Of a DNA stretch of 64,000 nucleotides, positions 49,862-60,450 are shown in pieces. Position 1 is the stretch's first letter, and each line of letters starts with the position of its first letter. Under the pieces are notes generated by a model. That model made no database searches, was not told where the DNA came from, and was given only the letters and a program-made list of their open reading frames with translations. The position numbers and the translations under genes were made by a program. The DNA comes from a candidate division FCPU426 bacterium (GTDB lineage: Bacteria; Oederibacteriota; Muellerivitia; Muellerivitales; Muellerivitaceae): NCBI GenBank assembly GCA_963830915.1, contig CAWHOE010000045.1:1-64000 (forward strand), read 5' to 3'.

Positions 49862-52800
49862 TTGATCCCTACTTTATTAAAAATCTCAAAACTAATCTTT
49901 TCCCTAATAGTGGTATTTCTTTTATCGGCGCCAGCGTTCGCGGTGACCAATATCCCTTCCCAGGCTTGGAGCCGGGATATCAACGCGGGCGGTTATATCG
50001 ATGGGGCGCCTATCGGCGGATTCGGCGCGGGAACGGTGTCCTGGGATTTTACGGGCGATTATTATTTGAACCGATTAAGCATCGGGGTCAGCGTTTTTTC
50101 CACCGACGCCAATTGCCATTTCTACATGTATCAAAAACCTTCCGGACAAGCCGCCGTCATGAAAATGCTTAACGCGGCCACCCTCGGGTCGGGACAGGCG
50201 AGTTACTACTCGTTATTCCCAAAATCCTGGGTCGATTACTACGGCAGCGATTTTCCCTTGGAATCCAAAGTGACCCAATTCTCCCCGATCACTCCCAACG
50301 AATACCAATTCAGCAGTTATCCTGAGGGTATCTATGAATGGGATGTCACCAACAACCAGGCGGTATCGGTCGACTACGCGGTGATGTTGACCTGGGATAA
50401 TACTTATGGGGGCACCAACGCCGCTGTCACGACTTCGGGCACGAACACGGGCCTTGTTTTGACCCGCAATAACGGGAGCGCGACCAACCAAAACCAGGGG
50501 GAATTCACCCTGGCCACCCAAACCGGCGCCGGGGTCAGTGTCACCTATGAATCGGCCGCCTCGGTCGCGACCCTTCAAACCGCCTTCAATACCGCGGGCT
50601 TGCTTAGCGACACGACGGGGAACAATACGGTCGGGGCCATCGCCTTTAAGGTGACCCTGGCGCCGGGACAAAGCCTCAAGTGGCCCATCGTCATGGCCTG
50701 GGATATTCCCCTGGCAAAGCCTGGCTCGGGAGCCGCCTGGTACCGGGAGTACACCCGTTATTATGGAAAGACAGGGCTCAATTCAGCCGCGATCGCGTTC
50801 GACGGTTTGACCAATTATTCAACGTGGGAATCCACGCTGGACAGCTGGCAAAACAGCGTCTTGACCGGGCCTTATCCGGATTGGCTGAAGCAAATGGTCT
50901 TCAACGAGCTTTATTATTATTTCACCGGCGGGACCATCTGGGAGGCGGGGCAGTATGGAAACACCACCTACAACGCGGGGCCCGATATGTTCAGCAGTCT
51001 GGAAAGCTACATTTATGACTTTTACGGCACCTCGGATGTCCGGTTCTATGGGTCCTGGCCCCTGGCCCTGAATTGGCCCAATATCGACAAGCAGGAAGTG
51101 GAGCAATTCTGCGACAGCGTGGTGGTCAGTCCCTCCCAGCCTATGCCCCGTCCCGCGGCCATCGGCACTTGCGCCCACGATTACGGGGACGAGAACGGCC
51201 TATTCACCGAGTGGAACGCCTATGTATACCGCAATTCCACTATCTGGAAAGACCTGAATTCCAAGCTGGTCCTCATGGTTTACAGGGCCTATGAGCTGAC
51301 GGGCAAAAGCGACACCACTTTCCTGAATTACTGCTGGCCGGCGGTCCAGGCGGCCATGACGGATGTCCACGGTCAATGCGGCCCCGATGGGCTTCCCACC
51401 ATCAGCGCCACGGACGCGAATTCCGGGGCTGACTGCACCTATGACGACATGGGCCTCAATGGCGAAACGGCGTATTGCGGAAGCCTTTACCTGGCGGCCT
51501 GCGAGGCGGCCCAGGCCATGGCGACCGCCGAGGGCAACAACGCCCTGGCGACGACCTACCAAGGCTGGTTGACCACGGGACAAACGGGTTTCGCCACCCT
51601 TTGGAACGGGACCTACTACAACATCGATAACGGGGCGACCGATACGGCGCAAAACCGCATCATGGTGGACCAATTGTGCGGGCAATGGTACGCCAAGGCG
51701 GTCGGTTTGCCTGGCATCGTTTCCGACGCCAACGCCAACAGCGCCTGGCAGGCGGTCCACGATAACAACTGGTCCAAGTTCGACGGGGGCGCCCATGGAG
51801 CGGTCAATTCCATGACCTCCGCCGGGGCCATCGATACCAGTTGGTCCCAAAGTCAGGAGGTCTGGGTGGGGGTCAGCTGGGGGGCGGCGGCTGGCATGGC
51901 CCAACAGGGGATGTATAGCCAAGCGACCGACCTGGGTTATAGCCTCTACAATTCCATCTGGAACCTGGGCCAGTACTGGTTCAGGACGCCTGAGGCTTGG
52001 ACGACGGGTTTGGGTGGAACAAGGGCCCCGTACTATATGAGGGCCAACGCCGTCTGGGCCCTCAAGCACGCTTACGATATCGGGCCGGCGCCTTGCGGGC
52101 TTCAAACCTGTACCACCACCCCGACCCACTCGCCCACTCCCACCGCCACCATGGCCCCCACCCTGGACCCCTGCGGGGCGGCCTTACAACGGGTGAATTG
52201 CGCTGGGACCCAGTATGTAGCGGGGGGGATCACCTGGGTCGCTGACCAGGCCTACGCCACCGGAAGCTGGGGATATGTCAGCGGAACGGCGGCCGTTTCC
52301 ATCACCAATACCATCACAGGCACCTCTTACCCGGGCTTATACCAGACCGAACGATACGGTAACCCCGTGGAATATAAATTCACCGAGCCTAACGGTACCT
52401 ATCAGGTCGTCTTGCGTTTCGTTGAGCAACATTGGACCGGCGCTAACGAGCGGGTTTTCAGCGTGGCGATCAACGGGGTCACCGTCATTTCCAATCTGGA
52501 TATCTGGTCCCAAGTTGGGCAATACGCGGCTTATAACCAAACGTTCTTGGTGCCTGTCACGGGAGGGCTCATTGATATCGTGGAAACCTCAACGGTCGAC
52601 AACGCCGAGATCACGGGCATCGACATATTGAACAATAACACCGCCTGCACGCCCACCTTGACGCCCACGGGAACCCTGCCCACGGCCACATTCTCGCCGA
52701 CGGTGACACCCTCCCCGACCATCACCAAAACCTTCACGGTCACCCCTACGTTCACCTTTACATTAACCCCAACCATCACCAACTCACCGACACCGACGGC

Positions 52801-54385
52801 CACGGTCTCGCCGACCTATACGACTAACCCTTGCGCGGCGGCCTATGATCTTGTGGATGTGGGCTCAAACGCGGCTTATTCGGGCACTTGGGGGACCTGG
52901 TCCATTGACCAGGCTTATTCACCGGGAGGATACGGTTATGTCTCCGCCGGGACCACGGCCGGGGCGACCGGCACCATCACGGGAACGACCGACCCGACCC
53001 TTTACCAGACCGAACGCTACGCCAACCCGTTGGAATACAAATTCACCGTACCCAACGGCACCTACCTGGTCCTTTTGAAGAATGTCGAGATGTATTGGAC
53101 GGCTGTGGGGGACAGGGTTTTCAGCGTGGCTATCAACGGGGTGACCGTCCTGAACAACCTGGATATCTTTTCAGAGGTAGGGAAGAACGTCGCGGACGAC
53201 CATAGTTTTTATGTCACTGTGACCACGGGCTTGATCGATATCGTCGCTACGGCCACGGCCGACAACGCTGAATTCGCCGCCATCGGCGTCATCAACGAGG
53301 CGCCCTGTTCACCCACCCCAACCCCGACGGGTTGGAATACCTCCACGCCTACCTCGACCGCGACCAAGACTTCCACATCGACAGCCACATCCTCTATGAC
53401 CTCGACCTCTACATCCACTTTGACGAACAGCCCGACCGCGACCTTCTCCCCGACCGCCAGCCCGACGAACAGCTCGACACAAACCGCCACCTCGACCTTT
53501 ACGAATACTTCGACTTCGACCGCCACCATTACCCGGACTCCCACCAATACTCCCACGGGTACGGTGACGCCGGTACCCACCAATACCCCAACCTGGTCGC
53601 CCACCAACACTCAGACACCCACAAAAACGCCTACATTCACCTCGACCAATAGCAATACCTACACCCCCACGCCCACTTTTACCGTTCCGAATACACCGAC
53701 CTTCACTAAAACGAATACTTCCACCTTTACATGGACCGTTACCAATACCTTTACGGGCACCTTAGTCCCGACCTCCACTCCGACCAATACCGGTACCCCG
53801 ACGTTGACTTTCACACCCACAAAAACAGCGACCTTATCCTTTACACCGACGTTCACTAACAGCTTCACCCCAACTTTGACCGCGACGAACACTTTAAGCC
53901 CGACTAAAACCGCGACCCCTACTTACACGGGAACTTTCACCTGGACCTCGACGGCCACTTATACCCCCACCAAGACCTTTACTTTCACCCCCACCTGGAC
54001 CGCCACCAAGACCGATACCATAACCTTTACGCCGACCTTCACCCCAACCGACACTCCCAGTCCGATATTGACGTCCACCCCGACGGGTGTTCCAACCTCC
54101 ATCGTTATAAGTCCGCCTTATCCCAATCCCTCGGATGGAACGAATCCGGTCACGGTCGCTCTTTGGTTGACGGGACCGTCCAAAGTGACCTGGGGCGTTT
54201 TCACGACCGCCTTCCGGAAGATCTACGAGGAAAACGACACTCTCAATGGCGCGGCTTGGTTCCAATGGAACCTGAAGGATAAAAAAGGCTCTAAAGTATC
54301 GGCTGGCGTCTATTACATCCGTGTGGAAGTTCAAACCGGTACGACGAAAACCAGAAAAATACTCAAAGTGTTGGTCCTGCCTTAA
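49862..54385 (+). CDS. Secreted GH116 glycosidase + two malectin-like modules + stalk + class I CTD
   Basis: [42 protein letters not shown]; two LYQTERY..RVFSV.ING..LDI modules. Confidence 0.88.
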   Translation: MIPTLLKISKLIFSLIVVFLLSAPAFAVTNIPSQAWSRDINAGGYIDGAPIGGFGAGTVSWDFTGDYYLNRLSIGVSVFSTDANCHFYMYQKPSGQAAVMKMLNAATLGSGQASYYSLFPKSWVDYYGSDFPLESKVTQFSPITPNEYQFSSYPEGIYEWDVTNNQAVSVDYAVMLTWDNTYGGTNAAVTTSGTNTGLVLTRNNGSATNQNQGEFTLATQTGAGVSVTYESAASVATLQTAFNTAGLLSDTTGNNTVGAIAFKVTLAPGQSLKWPIVMAWDIPLAKPGSGAAWYREYTRYYGKTGLNSAAIAFDGLTNYSTWESTLDSWQNSVLTGPYPDWLKQMVFNELYYYFTGGTIWEAGQYGNTTYNAGPDMFSSLESYIYDFYGTSDVRFYGSWPLALNWPNIDKQEVEQFCDSVVVSPSQPMPRPAAIGTCAHDYGDENGLFTEWNAYVYRNSTIWKDLNSKLVLMVYRAYELTGKSDTTFLNYCWPAVQAAMTDVHGQCGPDGLPTISATDANSGADCTYDDMGLNGETAYCGSLYLAACEAAQAMATAEGNNALATTYQGWLTTGQTGFATLWNGTYYNIDNGATDTAQNRIMVDQLCGQWYAKAVGLPGIVSDANANSAWQAVHDNNWSKFDGGAHGAVNSMTSAGAIDTSWSQSQEVWVGVSWGAAAGMAQQGMYSQATDLGYSLYNSIWNLGQYWFRTPEAWTTGLGGTRAPYYMRANAVWALKHAYDIGPAPCGLQTCTTTPTHSPTPTATMAPTLDPCGAALQRVNCAGTQYVAGGITWVADQAYATGSWGYVSGTAAVSITNTITGTSYPGLYQTERYGNPVEYKFTEPNGTYQVVLRFVEQHWTGANERVFSVAINGVTVISNLDIWSQVGQYAAYNQTFLVPVTGGLIDIVETSTVDNAEITGIDILNNNTACTPTLTPTGTLPTATFSPTVTPSPTITKTFTVTPTFTFTLTPTITNSPTPTATVSPTYTTNPCAAAYDLVDVGSNAAYSGTWGTWSIDQAYSPGGYGYVSAGTTAGATGTITGTTDPTLYQTERYANPLEYKFTVPNGTYLVLLKNVEMYWTAVGDRVFSVAINGVTVLNNLDIFSEVGKNVADDHSFYVTVTTGLIDIVATATADNAEFAAIGVINEAPCSPTPTPTGWNTSTPTSTATKTSTSTATSSMTSTSTSTLTNSPTATFSPTASPTNSSTQTATSTFTNTSTSTATITRTPTNTPTGTVTPVPTNTPTWSPTNTQTPTKTPTFTSTNSNTYTPTPTFTVPNTPTFTKTNTSTFTWTVTNTFTGTLVPTSTPTNTGTPTLTFTPTKTATLSFTPTFTNSFTPTLTATNTLSPTKTATPTYTGTFTWTSTATYTPTKTFTFTPTWTATKTDTITFTPTFTPTDTPSPILTSTPTGVPTSIVISPPYPNPSDGTNPVTVALWLTGPSKVTWGVFTTAFRKIYEENDTLNGAAWFQWNLKDKKGSKVSAGVYYIRVEVQTGTTKTRKILKVLVLP

Positions 54386-54509
54386 CCTTTCTTGATCGGC
54401 TAACCCCGTCTTTTCCGACCTAAAACAACCAAGATCAATTAGCCACCGATGAACTTAACGCTGCATAGCTGCAACCAAAATTTGAAAACTGCGGATGACA
54501 CCATATTCT

Positions 54510-54603
54510 CCCCCTTTGAAAAAGGGGGGAGGGGGGTATTAGTTGTTGCCGAAATGGTCCGGAAAAACTAACTCCCCCTTGTTCCCCCTCTTTCAGAGGG
54601 GGA
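54510..54603. repeat. Palindromic doublet repeat (family P)
   Basis: Arms near-identical to 4826-4920 with a different spacer. Confidence 0.85.
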
Positions 54604-54738
54604 GACGGTGCGACCAACAAATTGAAAAATGTCCATACCAAGGTGCGATTTGCAAATGGGTATCTAACGCCATATTTTCTCAGCGGGAATGGTCCTGTTT
54701 CTCCTGATTTAGCCTGCCAGGTTACGTATAATAAAAAC

Positions 54739-55752
54739 ATGAAAACCAACCAACCCATCCGTATCGGCGTCATTGGCCTGGGGCAGATCGCCGTGAAAGC
54801 CCACCTGCCGGGCTACGACAAGGTCAAAGGCTGTTCGATCACGGCCATCCAATCCAATAGGGAAGAACACGCCAAGCGGGTCGCCGCGCAATACGGTATC
54901 CCTCATATTTATAAAGACTGGAAAAAGCTTCTGGAGTCGGACCATGTGGACGCGGTTTCCATCTGCACGCCTAATTTCACCCATCTGCCCATCGCGCTCA
55001 AGGCGCTTAAGGAAGGCAAACATATTTTGGTGGAAAAGCCATTGGGGTTGAGCCTTTCAGAGGTCAAGACCATGATCCAGGCGGCCAAGAAGTACCGCCG
55101 TGTCCTGATGGTCCATCACAATATGCGGTTCGACCCGGCCGTCCGGACGGCGCGAAAACTTTTATCGAGGAACGTGATCGGCAAGGTATTCGCCTTCAAA
55201 AGCACCCTGTCCCATCGGGGGCCCCAGGCCTGGAATCCCTTGGCCCAATGGTTCTTCGACAAGAAAAAAGCGGGAGGGGGCGCCTTGATGGACCTGGGCC
55301 CTCATCATTTCGACAGTCTTCGCTATCTATTACAGGACGAGGCGCGGGTGGTCGGCGCTGTGGCCACGAACGGAGGGGAACGGAACAGGGCGGGCGGCGA
55401 GGTCCATGCCTCTTGCCTTCTACAATTCAAGAAAGGCGCGGTCGGAGTGGTCACGGTCGGATGGGCGGACACTAATTACCAGAACCGCTTTTACTTCATC
55501 GGGACCAAAGGGACCCTGTCCTTGAATTTAGCCAAGGGCGAGCCGATCACGGTCGAGGTCAGGGATAAAGAAGGGAAGAGTCATCCTCCCCTGGCCAAAG
55601 ACAGTTTCAACACCTCTATTTATAAACATTTCATCGATTGCGTCAAAAACGGCGAAAAACCCCAGGTCTCGGCCATGGAGGGTTTCAAGGTCTTGGAAAT
55701 GATCGAGCAGGGTTACCGGCTCATCAAAAAAAATAGGTCCTTCCCCCATTGA
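54739..55752 (+). CDS. Gfo/Idh/MocA family oxidoreductase
   Basis: IGVIGLG, ICTPN..H, VEKP, GGGALMDLG.H. Confidence 0.92.
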   Translation: MKTNQPIRIGVIGLGQIAVKAHLPGYDKVKGCSITAIQSNREEHAKRVAAQYGIPHIYKDWKKLLESDHVDAVSICTPNFTHLPIALKALKEGKHILVEKPLGLSLSEVKTMIQAAKKYRRVLMVHHNMRFDPAVRTARKLLSRNVIGKVFAFKSTLSHRGPQAWNPLAQWFFDKKKAGGGALMDLGPHHFDSLRYLLQDEARVVGAVATNGGERNRAGGEVHASCLLQFKKGAVGVVTVGWADTNYQNRFYFIGTKGTLSLNLAKGEPITVEVRDKEGKSHPPLAKDSFNTSIYKHFIDCVKNGEKPQVSAMEGFKVLEMIEQGYRLIKKNRSFPH

Positions 55753-55806
55753 GGCTGGGCCCCGCGCTGGAACCCTTGCATTTCGTCCGGTCGGGGTTTA
55801 ATATAA

Positions 55807-55826
55807 TGTTACTCAATTAAGTAACA
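55807..55826. promoter_or_regulatory. Inverted-repeat operator of TA operon
   Basis: tgttact-caatta-agtaaca directly after a TATAAT and before the RBS. Confidence 0.6.
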
Positions 55827-55838
55827 AAGGAGCACCCC

Positions 55839-56093
55839 TTGAAATTCTTGAATATGCGCGACTTGCGCTTAAAAACCCCCGAGGTCATGAAGTGCGTGGA
55901 AAAAGGGGAAAAATACGTCATCACCAATCATGGAAAACCCCAGGCCGTTCTACTGCACCTGACCGAGGACGAGATCGAGGATTTGGTCTATAAACAGCCT
56001 GAGTTCATGAACCAGATCGAGGAGTCGAGGAAGGAGTACGGCAAGAAAGGCGGGGTGCCCCTTTCGGAAGCCCGCAAGCGGCTGGGACTCTGA
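55839..56093 (+). CDS. Phd/YefM family antitoxin
   Basis: GEKYVITNHGKPQAVL motif. Confidence 0.88.
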   Translation: MKFLNMRDLRLKTPEVMKCVEKGEKYVITNHGKPQAVLLHLTEDEIEDLVYKQPEFMNQIEESRKEYGKKGGVPLSEARKRLGL

Positions 56094-56094
56094 T

Positions 56095-56367
56095 TTGGCG
56101 CTCCTCGTTGAACTTTCACCCCGTGCCTTGAGGGATTTAAAGGCTCTTGAAAGCGCCGCCGCCGAGGAAATCCTGGACGACCTGAAGATCCTCCAAACCC
56201 GCCCATGGCCCGGCCCCCCCAAAGTAAAAAAAATCGAAGGTTATAAGGATCTTTACCGTTTAAGGACCGGGGATTACCGGTCCCTGTTCGAACCCACCGA
56301 AAAGGGAGTGGTTGTTTTGCGTGTCCTGGACCGGAAAGAACTGGAAAGAATCCTAAGGAATCTATAG
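56095..56367 (+). CDS. RelE/ParE family toxin
   Basis: A.RDLK.L, KKIEG..LYRLRTGDYR. Confidence 0.88.
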   Translation: MALLVELSPRALRDLKALESAAAEEILDDLKILQTRPWPGPPKVKKIEGYKDLYRLRTGDYRSLFEPTEKGVVVLRVLDRKELERILRNL

Positions 56368-56404
56368 AGGATATGAATTTCTAAGGGAAGTAATTTGTCT
56401 GCGG

Positions 56405-56483
56405 CGGGGACCAGTTCCGTTTGGAACTGGTACACCCAAATCTCGAACCTCGGCTTGTGGCCTCGGTTCAGGGGACCCGTCGT
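56405..56483 (+). repeat. Family X 79-bp two-hairpin element
   Basis: accagttcc-gttt-ggaactggt hairpin then gaacc..ggttc hairpin; colinear with 9735-9813. Confidence 0.85.
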
Positions 56484-56544
56484 GGATAACTAAAATCGAC
56501 TGAATAAACGGTATTGAAAAGTTGTCCCGTTTGGAGGTTTTATA

Positions 56545-57756
56545 ATGTTGAAAGTGTGGCTCCCCTTTTTATTCCTTATCGTATCGCCGCTTTTTGGCGC
56601 GCCGGCCTATCCTTTTGTGGATCAAAACCAAATAATCGGCATCCATGGTGATGGGACAAAAGTTATTTTTAAAACCACCCATGGAGAAAAGTTTTATGAC
56701 ACGGCACAAAAGACCTGGGGGTACAAGGTATATACCCCTTCTGCGGCTTCTTCGGAGGCATTCAATCCGAATACTTGGAATGACCAAGATTTTTGCTCTT
56801 CTCAATCGGATCAAGGCCCTGTCACGGCATGGAGCATGAAAGCCGTGGGAGAAAAAGCGATTACGAATTTTGAATTATCCAACTCGATTTCCGGAAAAAA
56901 ATATGAAATACCATTCGAGAGTTTTTTCCATCAATTCATTATCTTCCGGGATAACGCATGGTTTTGGGATAGGGAGACTGCCAAAATATTCCGTTTAAAT
57001 TTGATATCAGGAAAAATAACAACCTATCTCACCCAACCCGGGTTTCCGGTCCAATATGCCAAAGCAGCCGGGAAACTTTATTTTTTAAACAATCGCGGCC
57101 TATTTTTTCTCGACCACAACAAGATCCAAGGCACGTCCATAAACACCGGTTCTTTCATCGGGGAATATGGGGAAATGCTGGCTATTGGAAATAAGATTTA
57201 CGTTTTAAACGGTTCCATGGACGATAATCCTGATCCGGAGAAAAGAGCAAAATCCTTACTTTTTGTTTATGACATCGAAAAGGGAACGATAAGTGAAGTT
57301 CCGCTTCCGATCATTTATGCCAATCATTTGGTGAAAAAAGGTGAAACACTCATTGGGTATGGGCGAAGAATTATTGATTATTCCAGTGAGAGTGGGCCCG
57401 GCCCTTATGGTATTTCGGGGGGTGTATTCAGTTTTTCCTTAAATGACGGCACTATGAATAAATTGTCCGATTTGCCTGTGGTCATGTTGGATCCTTTGAC
57501 GATGAAAGCAAAAGCGGTGTCGTTCGACGAAGGTTCTGCCCTGGAAAAAGACTTGGTTTTTTTACCGGAGAAAGGACGTTTTATCGTTTCTCATACCAGA
57601 ACGATAAATTTCTCGGAAGGGAACTCTTATCAATACCGATGGGGAATGGATGGTGAGAAGGAAGAGGGACAACGAAAAGCTAACGAAATCGCAGCGGAAA
57701 TCGCGGGAACTTTAGTGGAGTACCAAACCCTGTCTGAGACGGTGTCGATCAAATGA
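56545..57756 (+). CDS. Secreted hypothetical protein, possibly beta-propeller
   Basis: GGAGG RBS, signal peptide, beta-rich repeats; AT-rich. Confidence 0.7.
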   Translation: MLKVWLPFLFLIVSPLFGAPAYPFVDQNQIIGIHGDGTKVIFKTTHGEKFYDTAQKTWGYKVYTPSAASSEAFNPNTWNDQDFCSSQSDQGPVTAWSMKAVGEKAITNFELSNSISGKKYEIPFESFFHQFIIFRDNAWFWDRETAKIFRLNLISGKITTYLTQPGFPVQYAKAAGKLYFLNNRGLFFLDHNKIQGTSINTGSFIGEYGEMLAIGNKIYVLNGSMDDNPDPEKRAKSLLFVYDIEKGTISEVPLPIIYANHLVKKGETLIGYGRRIIDYSSESGPGPYGISGGVFSFSLNDGTMNKLSDLPVVMLDPLTMKAKAVSFDEGSALEKDLVFLPEKGRFIVSHTRTINFSEGNSYQYRWGMDGEKEEGQRKANEIAAEIAGTLVEYQTLSETVSIK

Positions 57757-59204
57757 TTTGGGATTCAGAAAAAAATGATTCGCAAATTGTCCGTAATGGG
57801 AGAGCCATTTCAATGGCTAAGGGTTATCCACAAAAGGGACCGTTCCGCTTCCGCCCTTCCCATCGCGTTAAACTTTTTTTGGCCTTTTTTTGCCTTCTGA
57901 CCTCGAGCGGTATAAAGTCCTGGGCGCAGGACACGCCGCCCTCCTCCTCTCCTGATGAAGTGATCGACCAGAAAAGCCAGGCGGACCTCCTGCAACAAAC
58001 GGATGAGCTTTTCCAGGAAGTTTCCCGCCTGAGGGGCTTGCCCATCCTCCATCCGGTCAAGAAAGCCTTTGAGAACCGGGAATTCTTCAGGAATTACTCG
58101 CTCAACCAGCTGAATGAGGAATACCCGCCTGAGAAAAAGCGGGGGTTCGAGAAGGCCTACCAATTCTTCGGCCTGCTCCCGGCTGGCGCCGATATCATCC
58201 AGACCTTCCTGGACGCCTACATGAAAGTGGTCAGGGGCATGTACGACCCCAAAACCCAGACCCTTTACCTGGCCAATTGGGTCGATCCGGCGGACCAGGA
58301 AAAGACCCTGGTCCATGAATTGGTCCACGCTCTCCAGGACCAGACCTTCGGCCTGCAGGCCTACCTGGACAAGGGGAAGGGCGCGACCCTGGACGAGGGT
58401 TTCGCCAGGGCGGCGGTGATGGAAGGGGAAGCGGTGGCCATCACCCTGAATTACACCTTGGAGGATAAAGGGTCTGATTTCACCCATCTGGTCAATATCG
58501 CCGATTGGACCCAACAGTCGAACATGCTCGAGGAAGAGGGCAAGAAAGCCTTCGGCAAAAGGGCCGTCCTGAACGACGTCATCGATTTTCCGTATGTTTA
58601 CGGGGCGGGGTTCCTGCAAAAATACGTCAAGGTCTATGGGTGGGATGGGATGAAGTATCTTTTAGAGCACCCGCCCACCTGCACCCAGCAGATCATGCAC
58701 CCGGAAAAGTTCTTTCCCAAACGCTTCCGCCCCATCCGTATCGGCCTGGAGGACTTGTCCGCCACCTGCCTGCCTGGCACCACCAAGGTCTGGGAAAACA
58801 CCTTCGGCGAATATGGCTGGTTCACCCTGCTTCGGCAATACCTGCCCGAAACCGAGGCCAGGGAATCGGTCAAGGGGTGGAGGGGGGACCGCATCCAGGT
58901 TTATGAGACCAATAACGCTTCCCGGCTGGTCATGGCCGCCTATCTATTGTTCGATAGCGAGGATTCGGCCAAGGACTTTTTCGCCAACTACCGCTCGCTT
59001 CTGGAGAAGAAATACGACCTGGAAGGGTCCATCCGTGATGACGATTCCATCTCCTGGAAATCGGTGAAGGGGTTCGACGCGGAAGTTTATGTGGAGTGGT
59101 TTGGCCCCAGGGTGGTCATCGTGGAGGGAACCCCGGATGGATATACCAGCAAGGTCCGCGCCTCGCTATGGGATATCGAGCAGGTCAAACCCGCCAGTAA
59201 GTGA
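57753..59204 (+). CDS. Exported putative zinc metallopeptidase (HExxH)
   Basis: GMYDP, LVHELVHALQDQ.F, EGEA, FPYVYG, P..TQQIMHPEK, GWRGD; start uncertain. Confidence 0.75.
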   Translation: MIWDSEKNDSQIVRNGRAISMAKGYPQKGPFRFRPSHRVKLFLAFFCLLTSSGIKSWAQDTPPSSSPDEVIDQKSQADLLQQTDELFQEVSRLRGLPILHPVKKAFENREFFRNYSLNQLNEEYPPEKKRGFEKAYQFFGLLPAGADIIQTFLDAYMKVVRGMYDPKTQTLYLANWVDPADQEKTLVHELVHALQDQTFGLQAYLDKGKGATLDEGFARAAVMEGEAVAITLNYTLEDKGSDFTHLVNIADWTQQSNMLEEEGKKAFGKRAVLNDVIDFPYVYGAGFLQKYVKVYGWDGMKYLLEHPPTCTQQIMHPEKFFPKRFRPIRIGLEDLSATCLPGTTKVWENTFGEYGWFTLLRQYLPETEARESVKGWRGDRIQVYETNNASRLVMAAYLLFDSEDSAKDFFANYRSLLEKKYDLEGSIRDDDSISWKSVKGFDAEVYVEWFGPRVVIVEGTPDGYTSKVRASLWDIEQVKPASK

Positions 59205-59238
59205 AGGTTTATTGCTTCTTGTCTATAAAAACCCCGAA

Positions 59239-59267
59239 TTGACATATTGTATCATTACGGATACACT
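59239..59267 (+). promoter_or_regulatory. sigma70 promoter with overlapping operator
   Basis: TTGACA-N17-TACACT containing tgtatc-N6-gataca; ATG follows 7 nt later. Confidence 0.65.
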
Positions 59268-59273
59268 CGTATT

Positions 59274-59666
59274 ATGAACGTTGAATGGGTCATTAAATAT
59301 TATTACACCACGACAGGCGCGATCCCATTTAAGGCGTGGATGAGCGCTTTGGGGGACAAAACCACTGAAGATAAGATAAACGCGTACATCACTCGGCTTA
59401 TGGCTGGGAATTTCAATAATTGTAAGCCGATACAAGGGGTCAAAGGGATATACGAAATCGTGATGGATTTCGGGCCGGGTTACAGGGCTTATTACGCGAG
59501 AGTTGGAAAGGTTGTCCTCCTCATCATGTGTGGGGGGCTAAAAAACAAACAAAAAGGGGATATCGAAATAGCCGTTAAATACCGGGATGACGCTCTCAAG
59601 CGTATCCAGGCGGGTGATTTCGAGGGAATAAAGCCGGAGGGAAAAGATGAAAAAGATAAAAAATGA
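59274..59666 (+). CDS. RelE-like addiction module killer protein (HigB-type order)
   Basis: PF..W..L.D, GNF..CKP, E..DFGPGYR.YY, CGG.K..Q..DI. Confidence 0.88.
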   Translation: MNVEWVIKYYYTTTGAIPFKAWMSALGDKTTEDKINAYITRLMAGNFNNCKPIQGVKGIYEIVMDFGPGYRAYYARVGKVVLLIMCGGLKNKQKGDIEIAVKYRDDALKRIQAGDFEGIKPEGKDEKDKK

Positions 59667-59937
59667 TTTCAAAGAAGACTTGCTCGAAAAATTGAAGGAC
59701 CCGGAAAGGGCCGAAAACTATCTTTTGGAATCTTTTCGTTTAAGTTTGAAAGATGGCGACGGTTCCACATTTCAAATGGCTTTAAGAATGGTGGCGGAAG
59801 CGCGGGGCGGAGTGGGAGCATTGTCCAAAAAGGCGGGACTTCAAAGGGAGAATACCTACAGGATCCTTTCTAAAGATCGACACCCCAAATTTGATAGCAT
59901 TCTAAAACTTTCCAAAGCGGTTGGATTTATTGTTTAA
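59647..59937 (+). CDS. Addiction module antidote protein (HTH)
   Basis: ALR.VAEARGG...LSKKAGL.RE..YR.LS....P.F. Confidence 0.88.
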   Translation: MKKIKNDFKEDLLEKLKDPERAENYLLESFRLSLKDGDGSTFQMALRMVAEARGGVGALSKKAGLQRENTYRILSKDRHPKFDSILKLSKAVGFIV

Positions 59938-60027
59938 GGACATAAGGCACAATTAGGGCCTAGACTGACCACATCTATGTTAATCGGTGGTTACCATTGT
60001 TTTGATCTGGGTGTGAATATCCAACCT

Positions 60028-60123
60028 ATCCCATGCATGCCACTCGTCTATTAATTAACAATATGGAGAGTGGTATAGTCCCACATTCATTTATGGTTTA
60101 TGGAAATGTGGGGCATCTGTGGC
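60028..60123. repeat. Family G arm interrupted by reversed double-hairpin (family H, 60037-60114)
   Basis: atcccatgc[atgccactc..gagtggtat a gtcccacatt..aatgtggggc]atctgtggc. Confidence 0.7.
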
Positions 60124-60250
60124 AAATTTCGCTGAGCTTTTAACGGTCAAATTCCCAAGTTAATCTGTTTTCCTAAATCCCCCCCATTTTCCGCTTGGCT
60201 AAAATCGTTTGCATAAATTATCTATTTTATTGATCTTTTGACCGGTAGTT

Positions 60251-60450
60251 CTTGAAGTCGCAATTTGCGACTTCAAGTTGTGATCCGGTCGCATATTGCT
60301 GTGCCCTGAAGGGTGCTCGAAGAGCTCTCCTTCGGGGCGATTTTAAGTTTGAGGTCGCAAATTGCGACCTCATTCGAAACCGTAAGTTTCACCAAACTTG
60401 ATATCGCAAATTGCGATATCAAGTTTGAGGTCACAATTTGCGACCTCAAA
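60251..60450. repeat. Array of TCGCAA-W-TTGCGA palindromes
   Basis: Copies at 60251-60277, 60350-60372, 60394-60426, 60424-60450, plus an interrupted copy from about 60287. Confidence 0.9.

Noticed and set aside
26260..53892. Many Val-rich minus-strand ORFs and His/Asp-rich alternative-frame ORFs
   Set aside because: Shadows of ACN-rich Thr stalk codons; no independent coding evidence
60251..60450. CRISPR array
   Set aside because: Repeats are unequal, overlapping and irregularly spaced; no unique spacers of constant length; no cas genes
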